A stretch of DNA of 63,958 bases, the filler included, from Reticulomyxa filosa (lineage: Eukaryota; Protista; Foraminifera), in NCBI GenBank assembly GCA_000512085.1. It is 18 parts of 18 records of this genome, joined end to end, with 100 filler letters (N's around TTAATTAATTAA, not from the genome) between each part and the next. Parts side by side here need not be neighbours in the genome. Positions count along the whole stretch, not along the records: positions 12,669 to 19,683 come from ASPP01023860.1; positions 19,784 to 24,316 come from ASPP01011576.1; positions 24,417 to 26,820 come from ASPP01026609.1; 15 more parts are not named here. One strand, written 5' to 3'. The notes under the pieces are model-generated. The model was not told the DNA's origin and searched no databases. It worked only from the letters and a program-made list of their open reading frames with translations. Below are positions 12,669-25,729 of the stretch, in pieces. Numbering within the stretch: position 1 is the stretch's first letter; each line of letters starts with the position of its first letter. The position numbers and the translations under genes were made by a program.

Positions 12669-14340
12669 GAATCACCCAACAATTTTGGAATGGAGCGATC
12701 CTTTGTTTTCGTGACAATAACCGAACATAATTGGAGTTTTGTCTTCTCGACCCTGATCAGTTTCGTCGCGAAAGTTGAAGTGCAGCATATTAAAGACGAT
12801 GGCCCTTCGTGAGAATTTAAGTAAATGCCAGTTGAGTCCAGTACATCACGTCGGAATGCAACAACGCAAACGCCTTCATTCCCTTCGTGTTGTCCTTCAA
12901 GAAACTGGACAGAATTTTTTCCATGTGCAACACAAAATGATGCTGTCGCGGATTGCATTTTGAAGTGGAAAATGTCGAGGGTTCATCTTCACTAATCTGG
13001 CGAAGACAACGATCAAGGAATTTGGTTGGATATTGAACACGACCTTTTTTATCGTATAAATTTTATTATTATTACATTAGCATATATACACACATATGTT
13101 TATATCATCAAATTAGAAAATCGACACAAATAACATCAATTGTACAATACAAAACTAGCACTTGCTTTTTCTTTTCAGCTTGCTTAGGATTGGCCTGATG
13201 TTGAATGGAGTCTTTTGCCTTCGCGCCATTGTTTCGTTCCAGCAATTTTGCATACATCTCCGAATATTGACCGACCTGCGTCCCCACAGTACTGCGTGTC
13301 TTTGCGTCCTCCGTACACACACATAATACAAACATGATCTTGGCACAAGGAAGTATTGCATCTTTTGTCGGATGGCACTTTTGGGCGCATTTGTGGCCGC
13401 AAGGCAGTAGGCCACATTTGCTACTGGCCTTCACTGGCCATTGTGTGTGCTTCCAAGTCGTCGACACAGTTGCCCGAGTGGCATTAGCGTTGGCACGTGT
13501 GGACATTGCAAGGCAGCAATTGTTCGCACATATTTCCACAAAATAATGCTTTCGTCCAACAAGGGATACTGTGTACTAATATGTTATGAGTTTTACAATG
13601 GATCGATACATGTTCTGTAAATCTGTTGCAAGGACCTTATTTGCATCCTCACCCCCATTATATATTCAATGCTTTTTTTTTTAATCAAATTAGAAAATTT
13701 TTTTTAAAAAAAATTGAAACATACCAAAGTAACAATATTCACTGTATCGATTGCCACAGTCCAACACTGATGCAGCGTCACGGTTCCACAAAGGATTGAG
13801 CTTGAATGCGCTGATGCAACAAGCACAGGACAGACCATCTCGAAGGGTAAATCCACACGACTGGCAAGGCCCACTGTAACAAAGACTAGAACAGCTATGA
13901 CATCACATCGCAATGGCTTGTTGCAGATCTCACGACACTGTTGTCCTGGGAAAAACCAGTCCTTGTCACTGTTTACAAGTCATCACAAGTCTTTGCATTT
14001 GTGCATTCCACAGGTCAAAATGCGATGATATTTTTTATTACAACTGATACGTCATTGACAATTGTCATCGAGTGTTTCTTGCTTCTTCTTCATATCTGCT
14101 GACATTAGATGACCTTCATTTCGCTGCCGCAACGACATTGCTTCTTGACCAAAATTGCGCAAAGCGCGCAAGGTGGAGACATGGCATCGCTAAATACAAA
14201 AATTCTATCTGCACGCCAACATACGGTCGTAAGCGCTGCCACAAGTGGCAAAGGGTCTATTCTCCAAAGGTGTATCTGTCAATGCAAGGATTAGTAATAG
14301 TAACAACGCATTGTGTTGTCAAAGTTGATGCCATCTGAAA
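12669..14340 (-). pseudogene. NFX1: NF-X1-type zinc-finger + R3H protein pseudogene (C-terminal half)
   Basis: NF-X1-like repeats (LTCGMHKC, CHSCSSLCYSGPCQSC, LPCGHKCAQKCHP, KKQCRCG) and a C-terminal R3H-like segment (HFVLHMEKILSSFL...SVIVTKTKDRSIPKLL), with many indels. Confidence 0.75.
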
Positions 14341-14449
14341 CATTCGCCCCATGTTGCATCACCGTTTTCTTTTTCCGTATTTCACCTTTCAACACAATTG
14401 TTGAATCTGGACTCACTAGGCAACATTCAAATTTTCAAAATGCTAGTAA

Positions 14450-17400
14450 TTGGAATACACAACAGCATATATGTTGTGTCTTGAGGAATTGACAGCAGGT
14501 GTGTGTTTGACTGATGTTCGCAATCCATCAGAGACTAATGGTAACGTCAGCCAATTGAGCAGGTAAATCGTCATAGTTGCATGATTGGTTAAAATCTCTG
14601 ATTGTGTTCACTCGCCAGATAATCGTAGTATTATCATAAGTGGCTAATACCACGACTATACATATTCAATTCACCATTCAGTGTGGTCAACTGAGCCATA
14701 AGTATCTTCACACATGATATCCAAATACAAAGATTCACTGTTGTCACATTCGGAATCATCGCTTGACGATTAATCTAATGATGATGTATTTCCTCGCAAA
14801 CATCGATGATCAATATTGTATCGTTCACTATCTTGAATGCCTTGCAATTCGTATAATCCTTGTCTCAAAGTATTGACACTTGCCAGTAGTAACTTCGACT
14901 TCCCAGACCCATCCCCTCGGTCTAATTCAGTTGTAAATCCATCATATCTTTGGTCATCAAGTCAATGCACAAGTCAGTCGCAAGGAATTTGTAAAAATAA
15001 TTTCTCCAATGGCACTGGAACTTGTGTTGGATTGTTGTTCAAATACCGACTTCTCGCATACACACAACTTAGTATTGGATATACGTACTATCTTTGGAAG
15101 CTTTAAACAGTCGATAACTCCAATGTCCATCAGCTTCGTCCTTATTCCAGTGCATGCGGGCCGAAACGTATGAGGATAGTAGCAAATTGTAGCGTTGGAC
15201 TTTCCGTTGTGCGAAGGCAGTGCTACTTATTGGATGACAGGTTGGTTTGCTTGTGGATTTTGTGTTGGTCTCGAAGTAGGAGTTGTTGAGTTGAATGTTG
15301 GACTATTGTTTGGGTGTATGTTGTGGAATCTGTAGGATTGTTTGTTGGACTGTATGTCAGACTATTAGTTAGACTATAAGTCGGGCTGTACGAGGACTGA
15401 ATGGTGCTATATGTTGGACTGTTGGTATGAGCATTGGCTGGCTTTGAGTTGGATTGTAAGTCGTAGTATTTGTTGGACTTCCCGTTGAGCTGTATGTTGG
15501 TGAATCGTTGGTCGAATGTTGGTGCATTTGTTGTACTGCCGTTGGTGCGCTTGTCTGACTAAAATTGGACTTTCCGTTGTATTATTGTTTGGGCTGAAAG
15601 TCGGACTATAAATAGGACTGTGCGTATGATTATTGGTTGACTATAATTCGGGTTCGATATCAGTGAATATGTCGGCGAATACGTCGGACTGTGTAGGAGC
15701 GTTCGTTGGACTTGGCGTTGGACTGTAAACATGAATTGGTTGGCTTGGTATTGACTTTACGTATGTCCACTGCAATAGGTGCGTTCGTTGGACTGAAAGT
15801 GGATGCATTCGTCAGGCTATATTTTGGATTGGCTGTTGGACTAATGTTGGCGCATTTGTTGGGCTAAGTAGGAGCGTTTGTCGAGCTGGAGTTGGTGCAT
15901 TTGTTGGATTTGGTGTTGGGCTCTCCGTTGTGTTGTAGGTGGTGCACCTATTGGAGTGTAAGTTGGAGCATTTGTTGACTATAAGTGGACTGCATGTTGG
16001 CGCATTGGTTGGATTTGGAGTCGACTGTTTGTTGGACATAAGCCCTCTCCGTTGGCCATACGTTGGAGCGTTTGTTGCGCTCTTCTTTGAGCTGTATGTC
16101 GGCTGTCGCTTGAAGAGTAAGTTGGAGACCAGTTGGTGATTATGTGAGGAATGTGTTGGAAAATATTTGGACATTCGTTGGTGATGGAGCTAAGTCAGTT
16201 GAATATGTTGGCGAGGAAGTTGTTGAGTGTTGGAGCATTTGTTGGACTGTGCGTTGGGGCGCCAGTTGGTGAAAAAGGAAAGTTAGACTGCCTGGTGAAT
16301 GTAAGTTGGACTATAAGTCGCATTGTCCATGGGAATATTGGCCGTTGGTTGGATAGTACGTTGGACTGTATGTTGAGCGCCAGGGTGAATACGTTGTGGT
16401 GTAAGTCGGATTGTTTGTTGCAGCACCAGTTGGGGAATATATTGGATTGAATGTTAAAGCGCCTTTGAGAATAATTTGAGCTGTCCGTTAGCGAGTATGT
16501 CTTGCTCCGTTGGCAAAGCAGTCAGGAGTACGTTGGATGTTATCGTCCGTTAGAGGAAATGTTGGAGCATCAGTCGGTGACTGGTCGGGCATTTGTTAGA
16601 TAATACGTTGAAGCGTCTGTTGGGGAATTAGTTAGAACGTTGGTGAGTTGTTGATATCTCGTTGGCAAATACGTCGGTCAAGTTGGAGAAAATGCTAGTA
16701 CGTCCGTTGGTGGGAAGTACGTGAATACGTTGGTGACTGTGTTGACGCGTTAGTTGGTGACTACGTTGTTCTGTATGTTGGAGCGCTCGTTGAGGATACG
16801 TTGGTGAAATGTTGGAGAAAATGTTGGTTATGTCTAACGCAATTGACAACAAATTATTCGGATTGTCCGTTGGCGATAAGTGTGGCTGAATGTTGATGCC
16901 AGTTGGCGAATATGTCGAGCCATTGGTGAATAAGTTGGGGAAAATGTTGGCGCACCATTTGCGAAAAAGCTGGCGACTGCGTATTGCACCGGTCGTTGAC
17001 TCCGTTGGCGAATATTGGACTAAATGTCGGCCCCGTTGGAAAATAAGTTGTGCAGAATCAGCGATCCGTTGAAGTATTTGTTGGACCAAAGTCGGACTGT
17101 ATGTTGGCGCATTGTTTGGATTTGGAGTCCGACTGTTTGTTGAGCTAAAATCTGGCTCTCCGTTGGGCTATATGTCGGCTATTGTCGGACTGTCGGTTGG
17201 AGAGAAGTTGGATCACCAGTTGGCGAGTATGTTGGGAAATGTTGGAGAATAGGTCAGTCTTTCGTTGGTGATGGAGTCAGAGTCAGTTGAACACCAGCAT
17301 GATATATGTCGGTGAGTACGTTGGAGCACCGTTTGCGAGTAAGTTGAGGAATGTTGACGAGTTGGTTGGAGAGACTTTGGACTGTACGTTGGAGCGCCAG

Positions 17401-19300
17401 TTGGTGAATACGTTGGTGTAAGTCAGTCTGTTGGATTGTGTCTGAGTGCTTGTTGGATGTTGGGGACATGTTGGGCTGAATGTTGTAGCGCCTGTTAGAG
17501 ATAAATTGTGGAATACTGGTGACTATTGGCGAAGCAGCTGTGAGACGTTGGACTTGATGTTAGAGCATCCGTTGGAGAAAATGGTAGCACCCGTTGGTGA
17601 ATAAGTTGGTGAATGGTTGGAGCATGTCGGTGACTTGTCGGAGCATTTGTTGAGAATACGTTGAAGCGCTTGTTGGAGCGTCAGTTGGAGCGTCAGTTGG
17701 AGAAAGGTTGGATGTCGGAGAGCCTTTGGGGAATATGTATGATACGTTAATTAGTATGTTGGTATCCGTTGGAACACCTGTTGGCAAATATGTTGATAAT
17801 AAGTTGGCGACTGCGTTGGTGCGCCCGTTGGAGACTCCGTTGGCGTATTTGTTGGCTCATCTGTTGAATTCGTTGGCGAATAAATTGGACTGATGTTGGT
17901 GCGCAGTTGGTGAATACGTTGGAGAAAATGTCGTCTTTGTTAGTGCATTCGTTGGCAAAAAAGTTGGCGAATGCGTAGATGCATTGATCAGTGATTCCGT
18001 ATGCATTTGTTGGTGAATTTGGAATACGTTGGCAACTTGTTGGCGCATTCCTTGATGAATAAGTTGGTGAGCCATGGTACTAAATGTTGGTGCACCTGCT
18101 GGAGAATAGATTGGACAGAATGTAAGCGCATCCGTTGTGACATTTTTGTAGAGTAAGTTCGACGAACGTTGGCGCATCAGTCGGTGAATGTTGGAGCTCC
18201 TGTTGAGACGAAGTTGGGCTCAAGTTGGATGTCTTGTTGGTGCTTTGATGGATGTCTGGCTGTGTCTTGTTTGGCTTTTTGTGTGATACTTGGTTGAGGT
18301 TTTGTTGGGGGTTTCGTTGGTTGCTTGGTGATAGTCTGTTGTAAGTCAAAATGTATATTGTATTATTTTATTCAAAAATGCTATTAGTCACACAAAAAAC
18401 AAAACTTGGTTTGGCACATAAGACACTGCAAAGATCGCCAATCCTTCAAGGTGATGACTTGGTTGGCAGTGACAACACGTTGAGTTGAAGGTTTCAACAA
18501 GCAGGAAAACAAATCTTTGTACGTGATCTCTTTAACAGGAACCCACCAAAAGTTAATCAATTTTTTTTGAAATTTCATTCCATGTTGACAAGTTCATTGG
18601 CATCCAATATGAAAATATCACGATTCCTGCCTAAAACATTAACGATCTAGAAATCCTTGTGCCGCCATAGCGCATTCATTCGATGCCCCTTTTAATTCTC
18701 GCAAATAATTGTACCCACATTTTCTCCAGTTGGAAACTGTCGTCCGAAATTGACTTGTACGTTCCACGATCCAAAGTCCATGCTGCCCGTTTGACAAGGA
18801 GTCCCATAAAAGTTGAGAAGTGGTAATAATTTGATGGTTGGCGCCACAGTCGAAATAAATGGAGTTTGAAGGCATGTTGGTGGTTTGTTGCACCAGTGGT
18901 TGTGTGACGGCTGGCAATACATTTGAATAAACGATACTGGTGAATTAGCAAAGTTTGTTGGTTCAATATACCAAATTTTGCCTGGTCTTCGCTGGTTGAT
19001 GCGATCCATGTGAAGCACGTCGTTTTTGAGAACTCGACTGAAAGCATTTGGAAGTGTGGAATAAAAGAATGACGACTCCAATCTGTTTCCGTTTGGATTT
19101 GTCCATTTTCTGAACCAACAGCCATAAACATAAGGAACTTTTGCATGCCCAAGTCGATCAACTGTCCGGTAATGTAGCTGTATACGTCGCTTGCGATACC
19201 ACAACCAATTCCATGCTGCAGTTAAATGTGTGCGTCAGTTGCAAGCCCACTTTGTCTGATTTGGGAAGTCGATACTCTTCCCGCCGTTGTCCACTCAATG
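14450..19300 (-). pseudogene. Mucin/extensin-like extracellular protein pseudogene (globular N-terminus, PT stalk, C-terminal domain)
   Basis: N-terminal fragments LIDLGMQK...VEFSKTTCFTW (F5/8 type C-like) and YFDCGANHQII...SNECAMAAQGF, then the PT array, then degenerate globular sequence. Domain identities are tentative. Confidence 0.55.
15190..18340 (-). repeat. Degenerate Pro/Thr/Ser-rich repeat array (PTxxPT; SPTNAPT/SPTDAPT)
   Basis: About 3 kb dominated by gttgg on + (CCAAC on -). Translated fragments include PTPNPTNAPT, SPTDAPTDAPT and FSPTYSPT, with constant frame switching. Confidence 0.9.
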
Positions 19301-19880
19301 ACGAATCATGAAAAATTTTTGCTTTGAAAAATGCCCAACTGGATCCTGGGTCTTGGTCCGTATCACCAGTATCTATTTAATGTTTTTAATTTTTTTTTGT
19401 TCACCAAAAAGATTACACGTGTATAAATATAATTTTACTATATACAAATGCTTTAAAAAAATTTATCCCCTTTTTTTTCATTGTACGTTTTTTTTTTTGC
19501 TACCCTTTTGCTTGCAATTTTTTGAGGACATGAAATGAACACTTTCATTAACTTTGTGAATTACAAGTCGTTGATAATTGTGAACCGGCGCCTAATATTG
19601 TTATTCCATGTGCTACTATGAGTTTCTGTGCAAAACCTATTTTTTTTAAACACAAAAACAACCAATTTTTATGTGAAAGCTTTNNNNNNNNNNNNNNNNN
19701 NNNNNNNNNNNNNNNNNNNNNNNNNNNTTAATTAATTAANNNNNNNNNNNNNNNNNNNNNNNNNNNNNNNNNNNNNNNNNNNNATACATATATGTATATT
19801 ATGTATATATAATATGCACCAAACTATACATATGTAATGGAATATACTTTTTTAACAGACAAACAAACAAATATATTCAC

Positions 19881-20157
19881 CGTGATCGACATCTGTGATC
19901 AGATCTAATGCATGTTCATAGTAAGGCACTTGGTTGACCAAACCCGTGAGGTTAAAGTTGTCAGTTATGTACTCGTCATCAATTTGACAAAAGAATTCGT
20001 TGCCTTTCAATGTTAAAAAATAACTCACCCAACCAAAATCCTCGTCGCTTTCAAGGGAACTGCTCAACTCGTCACCCGAGTTGTTCTCCCCTGTCCCTTT
20101 TTCTGCACGACGTGCCTCTGTGAGTTGTTGTGTCAGTTTTTGCGATATTTTTGCTAC
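19881..20157 (-). CDS. CSNK2B: Casein kinase II regulatory (beta) subunit, N-terminal exon (partial)
   Basis: [45 protein letters not shown] is the CK2-beta N-terminal signature; the exon is flanked by AG and GT. Confidence 0.95.
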
Positions 20158-20727
20158 CTTACGAAAAAGAAAAGCGAGAAAAAAAATATATTAAAAATAA
20201 GCAATTTGGTTATTGTGCTGACCCCTTTTTTTTTTTCCAAAAAAAATTAAAGTACCTACAGACGTAAGAAACACTTTGAGTCAAAATGAAAACTTGCACA
20301 TGTGTTAGGGAATAAAAAATAAATATTGTCGGCTTCCTTTTCCAAACTCTTTTGAACCTCTTGGCTTATTTGATAGGAATATAAAATGCAATACATTTCT
20401 GGAATGTCTGTCACTGTTTTGTCATTCCCTAAACTGTTCTTTTTTTCTTCCTAAAAAAAAAAGCGTCATTGAAAAAGAGGTCCATTTAAATAAACCAAAT
20501 AAATAAGCCGATGCATTATACGAAGGAATGCTAAACTTGAGGGATTATGACTGTTGTTAGATAAAATATTTGGCTGTCATATTGTTGAACTAGCGGATCC
20601 AGCAAGTTTTTTTGTTTAATAAGAATTACGCTCGATAATAATACTCGTCGTTTGCAAAATAAATAAGCAAAGGAAGGACACAAAAGAAGGCTCCAGCTTG
20701 TGAAAGAAAAACAAGAAGAAGATCAAG

Positions 20728-23004
20728 ATGGATCTCGAAAATAGCGAAAGTGGAGATATGGGCTTTCGTGACGAACCAGAGTGCTCTGGTGAAAGAAATA
20801 ACAAACAAATCAATCTTCTGCCTCTCTCTTCAAAACATTGGTGAGAAAAACACAATCATTGTCCCGCAATGTTTTGACTTTGGCACATGCCCCACCAATC
20901 CAAAACAAATTTAAAATCATTTTTTTTTTTTTTACAAAAAAAAAAAAAGCCCAGCAACAGCGTTTTTCCGTTTGTTAAAAAAAAAAAAAAAAAAGCAAAT
21001 TAAAGTCGGTATATATTCATTTGTGACAAAATGGATATGTGTGCCTGAAACAGATTACGAATTGGACAGCCTGAGCGAAAAGGAGCGAGAGCGCTTGTTG
21101 GACCCAGCGAACGGGTCGAAAGCAACGGAGCTGATGGAATTATGGGACCCGAAAACATTTTCGATAAAAGCAAATGACTTGGAGAAAGCGTTGAAGCAAG
21201 TGACCTCACGTATCGATAAAGAGTACGAAGTGACCATCATGCAGGGCAATTTGGAGAGAAAGACCTCCCAACAAGTCTTTGGCAAGAAGTTGTGGGAGCA
21301 GCGTTATTTCAAATTGACCACCCATCATTTGAGTGCTTTTCGAAATGAAACCGACACTGAGCCTGAACGTTCAGTCAAACTTTTTTTTTTTTTAAACAAA
21401 AAAAAAAAAAAAGAATTTGAAATTTTTTTTTTTTAACAAACCAAACAAACAAAAAAAAAAAAGTGTTTTGAATTTTTTTTTTTTTTTTGAATTGGTTGAA
21501 AATGTTGATGAAGAACGATGGAGATTGTCCAGTGTATGTTGGGTATATTTGTGCGTGGAAAAAACCAACGGCATGCGGTTTAATGTGTATTTTGACAATG
21601 ACACACTGCAAATGCGCGGCCAAAGTCTGGCGCTGTGCGAACATTGGGTGACAAAATTGGGCGATGCCAAAAAGCGTCATCGCAATGCGTTGCGCGAAAA
21701 TTTGCAACAGTTGGCGGTGTTTGAGAAACAAATGGACACGTATCGCGTTCAATTGCAAATGAAACGAAAGGCGGAGAAGGTGGAAGAAGAGGAAGAAGAA
21801 GCAGCTAAGAAAACTGAGCACGACAAAGAGAAGGAAGCGATAAAAGAGAACAATGACAAAGAAAATGACAATGAAAATGAAAATGATAATGATAATGAAA
21901 ATAATAAAGACAAGGACAAAGACAAGGATAAAGAAAATGAACAGACAAAGGAAACGGACCACGAAAAAGAACATGACAAAGACAAAACCAAAACCAAAAC
22001 CAAAACCAAAACAAAAAAAAGCGCGAGTGCAAATGAAAAGAGACTGGAATTACGCGCTTGGGCAATTGGGTCAGACGATTTTGTTTCTGAAACCTCTTTG
22101 TCGCAATCCGTCACTTTGGGAGAAAAACTACCTTTGTACGTATGTGTATATGTGTTTGAATTGATTCATTGCGACGGAAAAGATTGAAATTTTTTGAACA
22201 GAATACTTTTTGTTTTTCCTCCCTATCATGTTATCTCTTGTTCATAAAAAAAAATACATAAATAAACAAATAAAATGCAAATGTACGCATACGACTTGGT
22301 GGGCCAGATTGGAGGAAGACGACAAAAGAGATGACGGACAATCCGATAAGATCAAACGCTCGATTCAACCGCATTTGACACGCACTGTTTCTTTTGCCGG
22401 GTTTTTAGTGTTTGCCCGTGAGAGTGTCGAAAAAAATGCCGCGGTGGTCAAAAAGAAAAAGGAATATTACTTCACATTGGAGGGCGATGTGTTGGAATAC
22501 AAAAATACTCCCAATGACAGCGTCAGCATTGGAATGCTGTCTTTGGATCGCATTGAGTCAGTGTATCGTGATAATGACAACAACAAAAACGAATGGCACG
22601 TCACTTTTGTAAATAATGCAATCATGAAATGGCTGTTTGAGTCACCATTCAATTCTTCACAGTCAAGTAAAAAATGGATTGGTGTCATGAAACGTGGAAG
22701 TAAAGAGGCACGTGCTGTCAAATGGACGATCATTTTTGAATACAAACTTGTCAATGCTTTTCTCAAAGGCATCGGTAATGGAACCATCCGAACGGACAAA
22801 ATGGAACAGAGGTTAGCTGAACAAAAATCAAAGTGCGTCAAAAAACTCATGGACTGTTTCATGCCAGAAAAGTGGGATAAGACTGAGGGTGTTAAAACCC
22901 CAATTGACAGTGAAGACAGTGTCAATGATGATGAATTGGGATTTACTGTCAAAGATGTCAATGAAAGAGGGAATCAAAACTGCTGCCATTGTAACGTAAT
23001 GTAA
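20728..23004 (+). CDS. Dual PH-domain protein with C-terminal CaaX motif (multi-exon)
   Basis: PH1: MQGNLERKTS..GKKLWEQRYFKLT...LCEHWVTKL. Then an E/N/D/K linker. PH2: FAGFL...KEYYFTLEGDVLEYK...SKKWIGVM. Ends NCCHCNVM*. Start codon tentative. Confidence 0.75.
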
Positions 23005-23502
23005 ACTGTTGTCAACAAAATTTAAAAACGCAATTCATTCAATTGAACAGAAATAGTAAAAGAAATCGGCCTTGTTGCATTAAGTTTTATGGAGGTAAGA
23101 ATGAAGGAGAGAAGGAAGGGAAGGAAATAAAAAGAGAGGTAATTAAAAAGGTAGGTTCTTGTGGCGTGTTTCTTTTTTTTAACCTCGCTTTTTTTATAGT
23201 CAATAGCCCAGATGAGGCTTATGAAACCTTTTTCACTATTATATTGTGTTGAGTCAATCTCCTTTCCAAGACAAGAGGAAGGGTCTACAAAATCTCTCAA
23301 TTTTCTTGAACCACAATTATAGCACCAATAAATTTAATCTTTTTAAAAAAGAAGCCTTAAAAGTTGACTTTCTTTGTATTGTTTTTGAGGCATACGAGAG
23401 CACAGACAAAAACGAAATGCAAAAAAACGTCACATCATCCAAACTTTTTAAAAAATTTTTGTATGCAGCAAAATGGTCCAAGAAAAAAAACCAAAAAAAA
23501 AG

Positions 23503-24226
23503 TTATGCACCGTCCCACGATATTTTATTGTCATAATGATCAAGCATGTAATTCATACGATGTTGTGTATTGTCAGACTCGGGTTGTTGCAAAACCAAAG
23601 AGTACTGTGGAATCCATTCTTTTGGACAGTATTTGACTCTGTAGTTGAGAACAGCTTGATTGATGGATTTGTAAATATGAAATAGTATCCACACGTGCCT
23701 GTTTTCTTTGGAATTGTCTCGACTTCGGAACATGTCCACAGCACTCACAACAGAGCGAAGCCCTTCTTCCAAAAGAGTTTCCTTATTTTCATTATTTGTT
23801 TCGCGGTTATTGTCCCACCATTTTTGTATTTGTTGTGTGATGACATCATCAGCAGCTTGTTTATTATTTTGATAAGGAGAGGCCAATGGGACGATAAATG
23901 AATTGGCTTCATCTAGTTCGTACGCATAGTGCAGAGGAAGTTCCACCAACAAAGGGATATCACAGTTGTATAGAAAGTCATGAGGTACATGTCCTTTGTG
24001 GAAATTCCAACCGCCCAAGCGAATGGTGCCAAAGTTACGGTTTTCGCCAAGCCAAAACCCTTGGCACATGTGAATGATATGGATTTTGAAATTGTTCGGA
24101 TCAAACACAAATGGCGCTTTCTTATTAAATATATGGTCCCAAGTGAGCGCATCCCAATTTTCACTCCAAACTGATGCTCCAGGGTCCGATATCATACTCA
24201 ACAAATATTCATGTGGCAAGTCATGG
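23503..24226 (-). CDS. Peptidyl-serine alpha-galactosyltransferase-like glycosyltransferase (SERGT1/GT96 or HPAT-related), last exon
   Basis: HDLPH..MISD...ENW...IIHMCQ...GGWNFHKGHVPHDFLYNCDIPLLVELP...SINQAVLNYRVKYC resembles the HYCQ..GxWxFxK..PxD..CxxPLLxEPP...N.A...Y...C signature recalled for this family. Confidence 0.7.
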
Positions 24227-24479
24227 CTAAGAACAAAACAAAACAAAATAAATGTAGGAGAGGGGAGGGATATATGCATATATATGTATATGCATATATA
24301 ATATATATATATATATNNNNNNNNNNNNNNNNNNNNNNNNNNNNNNNNNNNNNNNNNNNNTTAATTAATTAANNNNNNNNNNNNNNNNNNNNNNNNNNNN
24401 NNNNNNNNNNNNNNNNTAAACAGGTCTTAACACTCCAAAGCAAGACCACACAATTATGCTCCCACTATCAATTTGATAT

Positions 24480-24603
24480 TTCTATGATATTTTTTTTAAA
24501 ATTAAAAAAAAATTAGGTCTGAATGTTGTTTTTTCATGAAGAAAATCAATCATCTCTATAAGGTGCCGTTTTAGGTGTCAACTTTATTTTGCATTCTACT
24601 GTA
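24480..24603. mobile_element. End of family A transposon (copy 4)
   Basis: ...aggtgccgttttaggtgtcaactttattttgcattctactg|ta, close to the contig start. Confidence 0.75.
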
Positions 24604-25729
24604 GCTGTTAAATCTTACACATTTGTCTATTCTTTATCACTTCATGGAACAATTTCTGCAATGAATTGTTTCTTGTGAATTTTACATACATTGTATCTTA
24701 GATAATTTAGTGTTTGTACAAATCACATTCATACAATGATGAATTGAATGTAGTTTTTGATTTCCCAATGTATTTAAATAATTGGATAAATAGGAAAATA
24801 TTTATAAATATCACGTAGTAATATCTCTTTATTAATATTTTTGTAATATTTCTGGGTTAGCAATTGGCATACACTCAATTAAACATCACTTTCGGATTGA
24901 TTTTGATTAGTAATACAAGTACTATTTTACCTTTTCCCATGTGAGTGGAGTCGTTTCGTCATGATTTCCAGTTGTTCGTACAATTGCAAAATTAGTTTTT
25001 GAACTTCTGGATTTTGGGATAGCCTTTGTGTCAATGTCTATTGAGTGATTTTCTTGTTCGAATACTATCGTTTTAAACAATGCTTTACATTGATCTTTTA
25101 TCGTCTTCCGTTTCATTTGCATTATTCTGTTCGGTTGTGTCTTTCTTTTGTTTCGCTTGGCCACTCTTTGGTTATAACTGCTATTTTTAGACTTACAATG
25201 GACTCCACATATATTTTTCATCCTCTTTTTTTCGATCTGGTTTGCCAATGTATTGGTTGGAAGGCAATATCTCTGTCGCTGCCTTTATCGGCTCGGAGAC
25301 TACCGATTGTTAAGTTGGCTCTGTGACTGGAGCAGCAGTTGTTTCCTGTGGTGCAGAGGCTTGTCCAGATTTTGAAGGAACTGGTTGTTGCTGTTGTTGG
25401 GATGATACGTTTTCAGACTCTGTTTTGACATCGACACTTGTCACATGGGATGGTTGGAAAATGTCCAGGAGCAGCTCCACTGGGATAGTCTTCACCGGAA
25501 GCAATGATTCATCTTGGCAAAGCCAGATTGTCCTTTTCAGGCTCCAAAAATCACTGTTCACATCCGCTGGGCGCTTTTACGGTCGTACCGCTAATGGACA
25601 GCAATGCTTGCGCCACTTTTTTGGCTACGTTGCTTACTTCGACAATTGCAAGTCGATTAGTCAATTCATCTTTGGTGGAGGCAATTTTGAAGTTGAATGT
25701 CTTCGGTGGCTGTGAAAGTCGACAGCGCA

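Noticed and set aside
21375-22114. Hydrophobic antisense ORFs (also 33006-34150, 35627-36213, 37186-37472, 56191-56785)
   Set aside because: They are shadow frames of tri- and hexanucleotide low-complexity coding repeats on the opposite strand.
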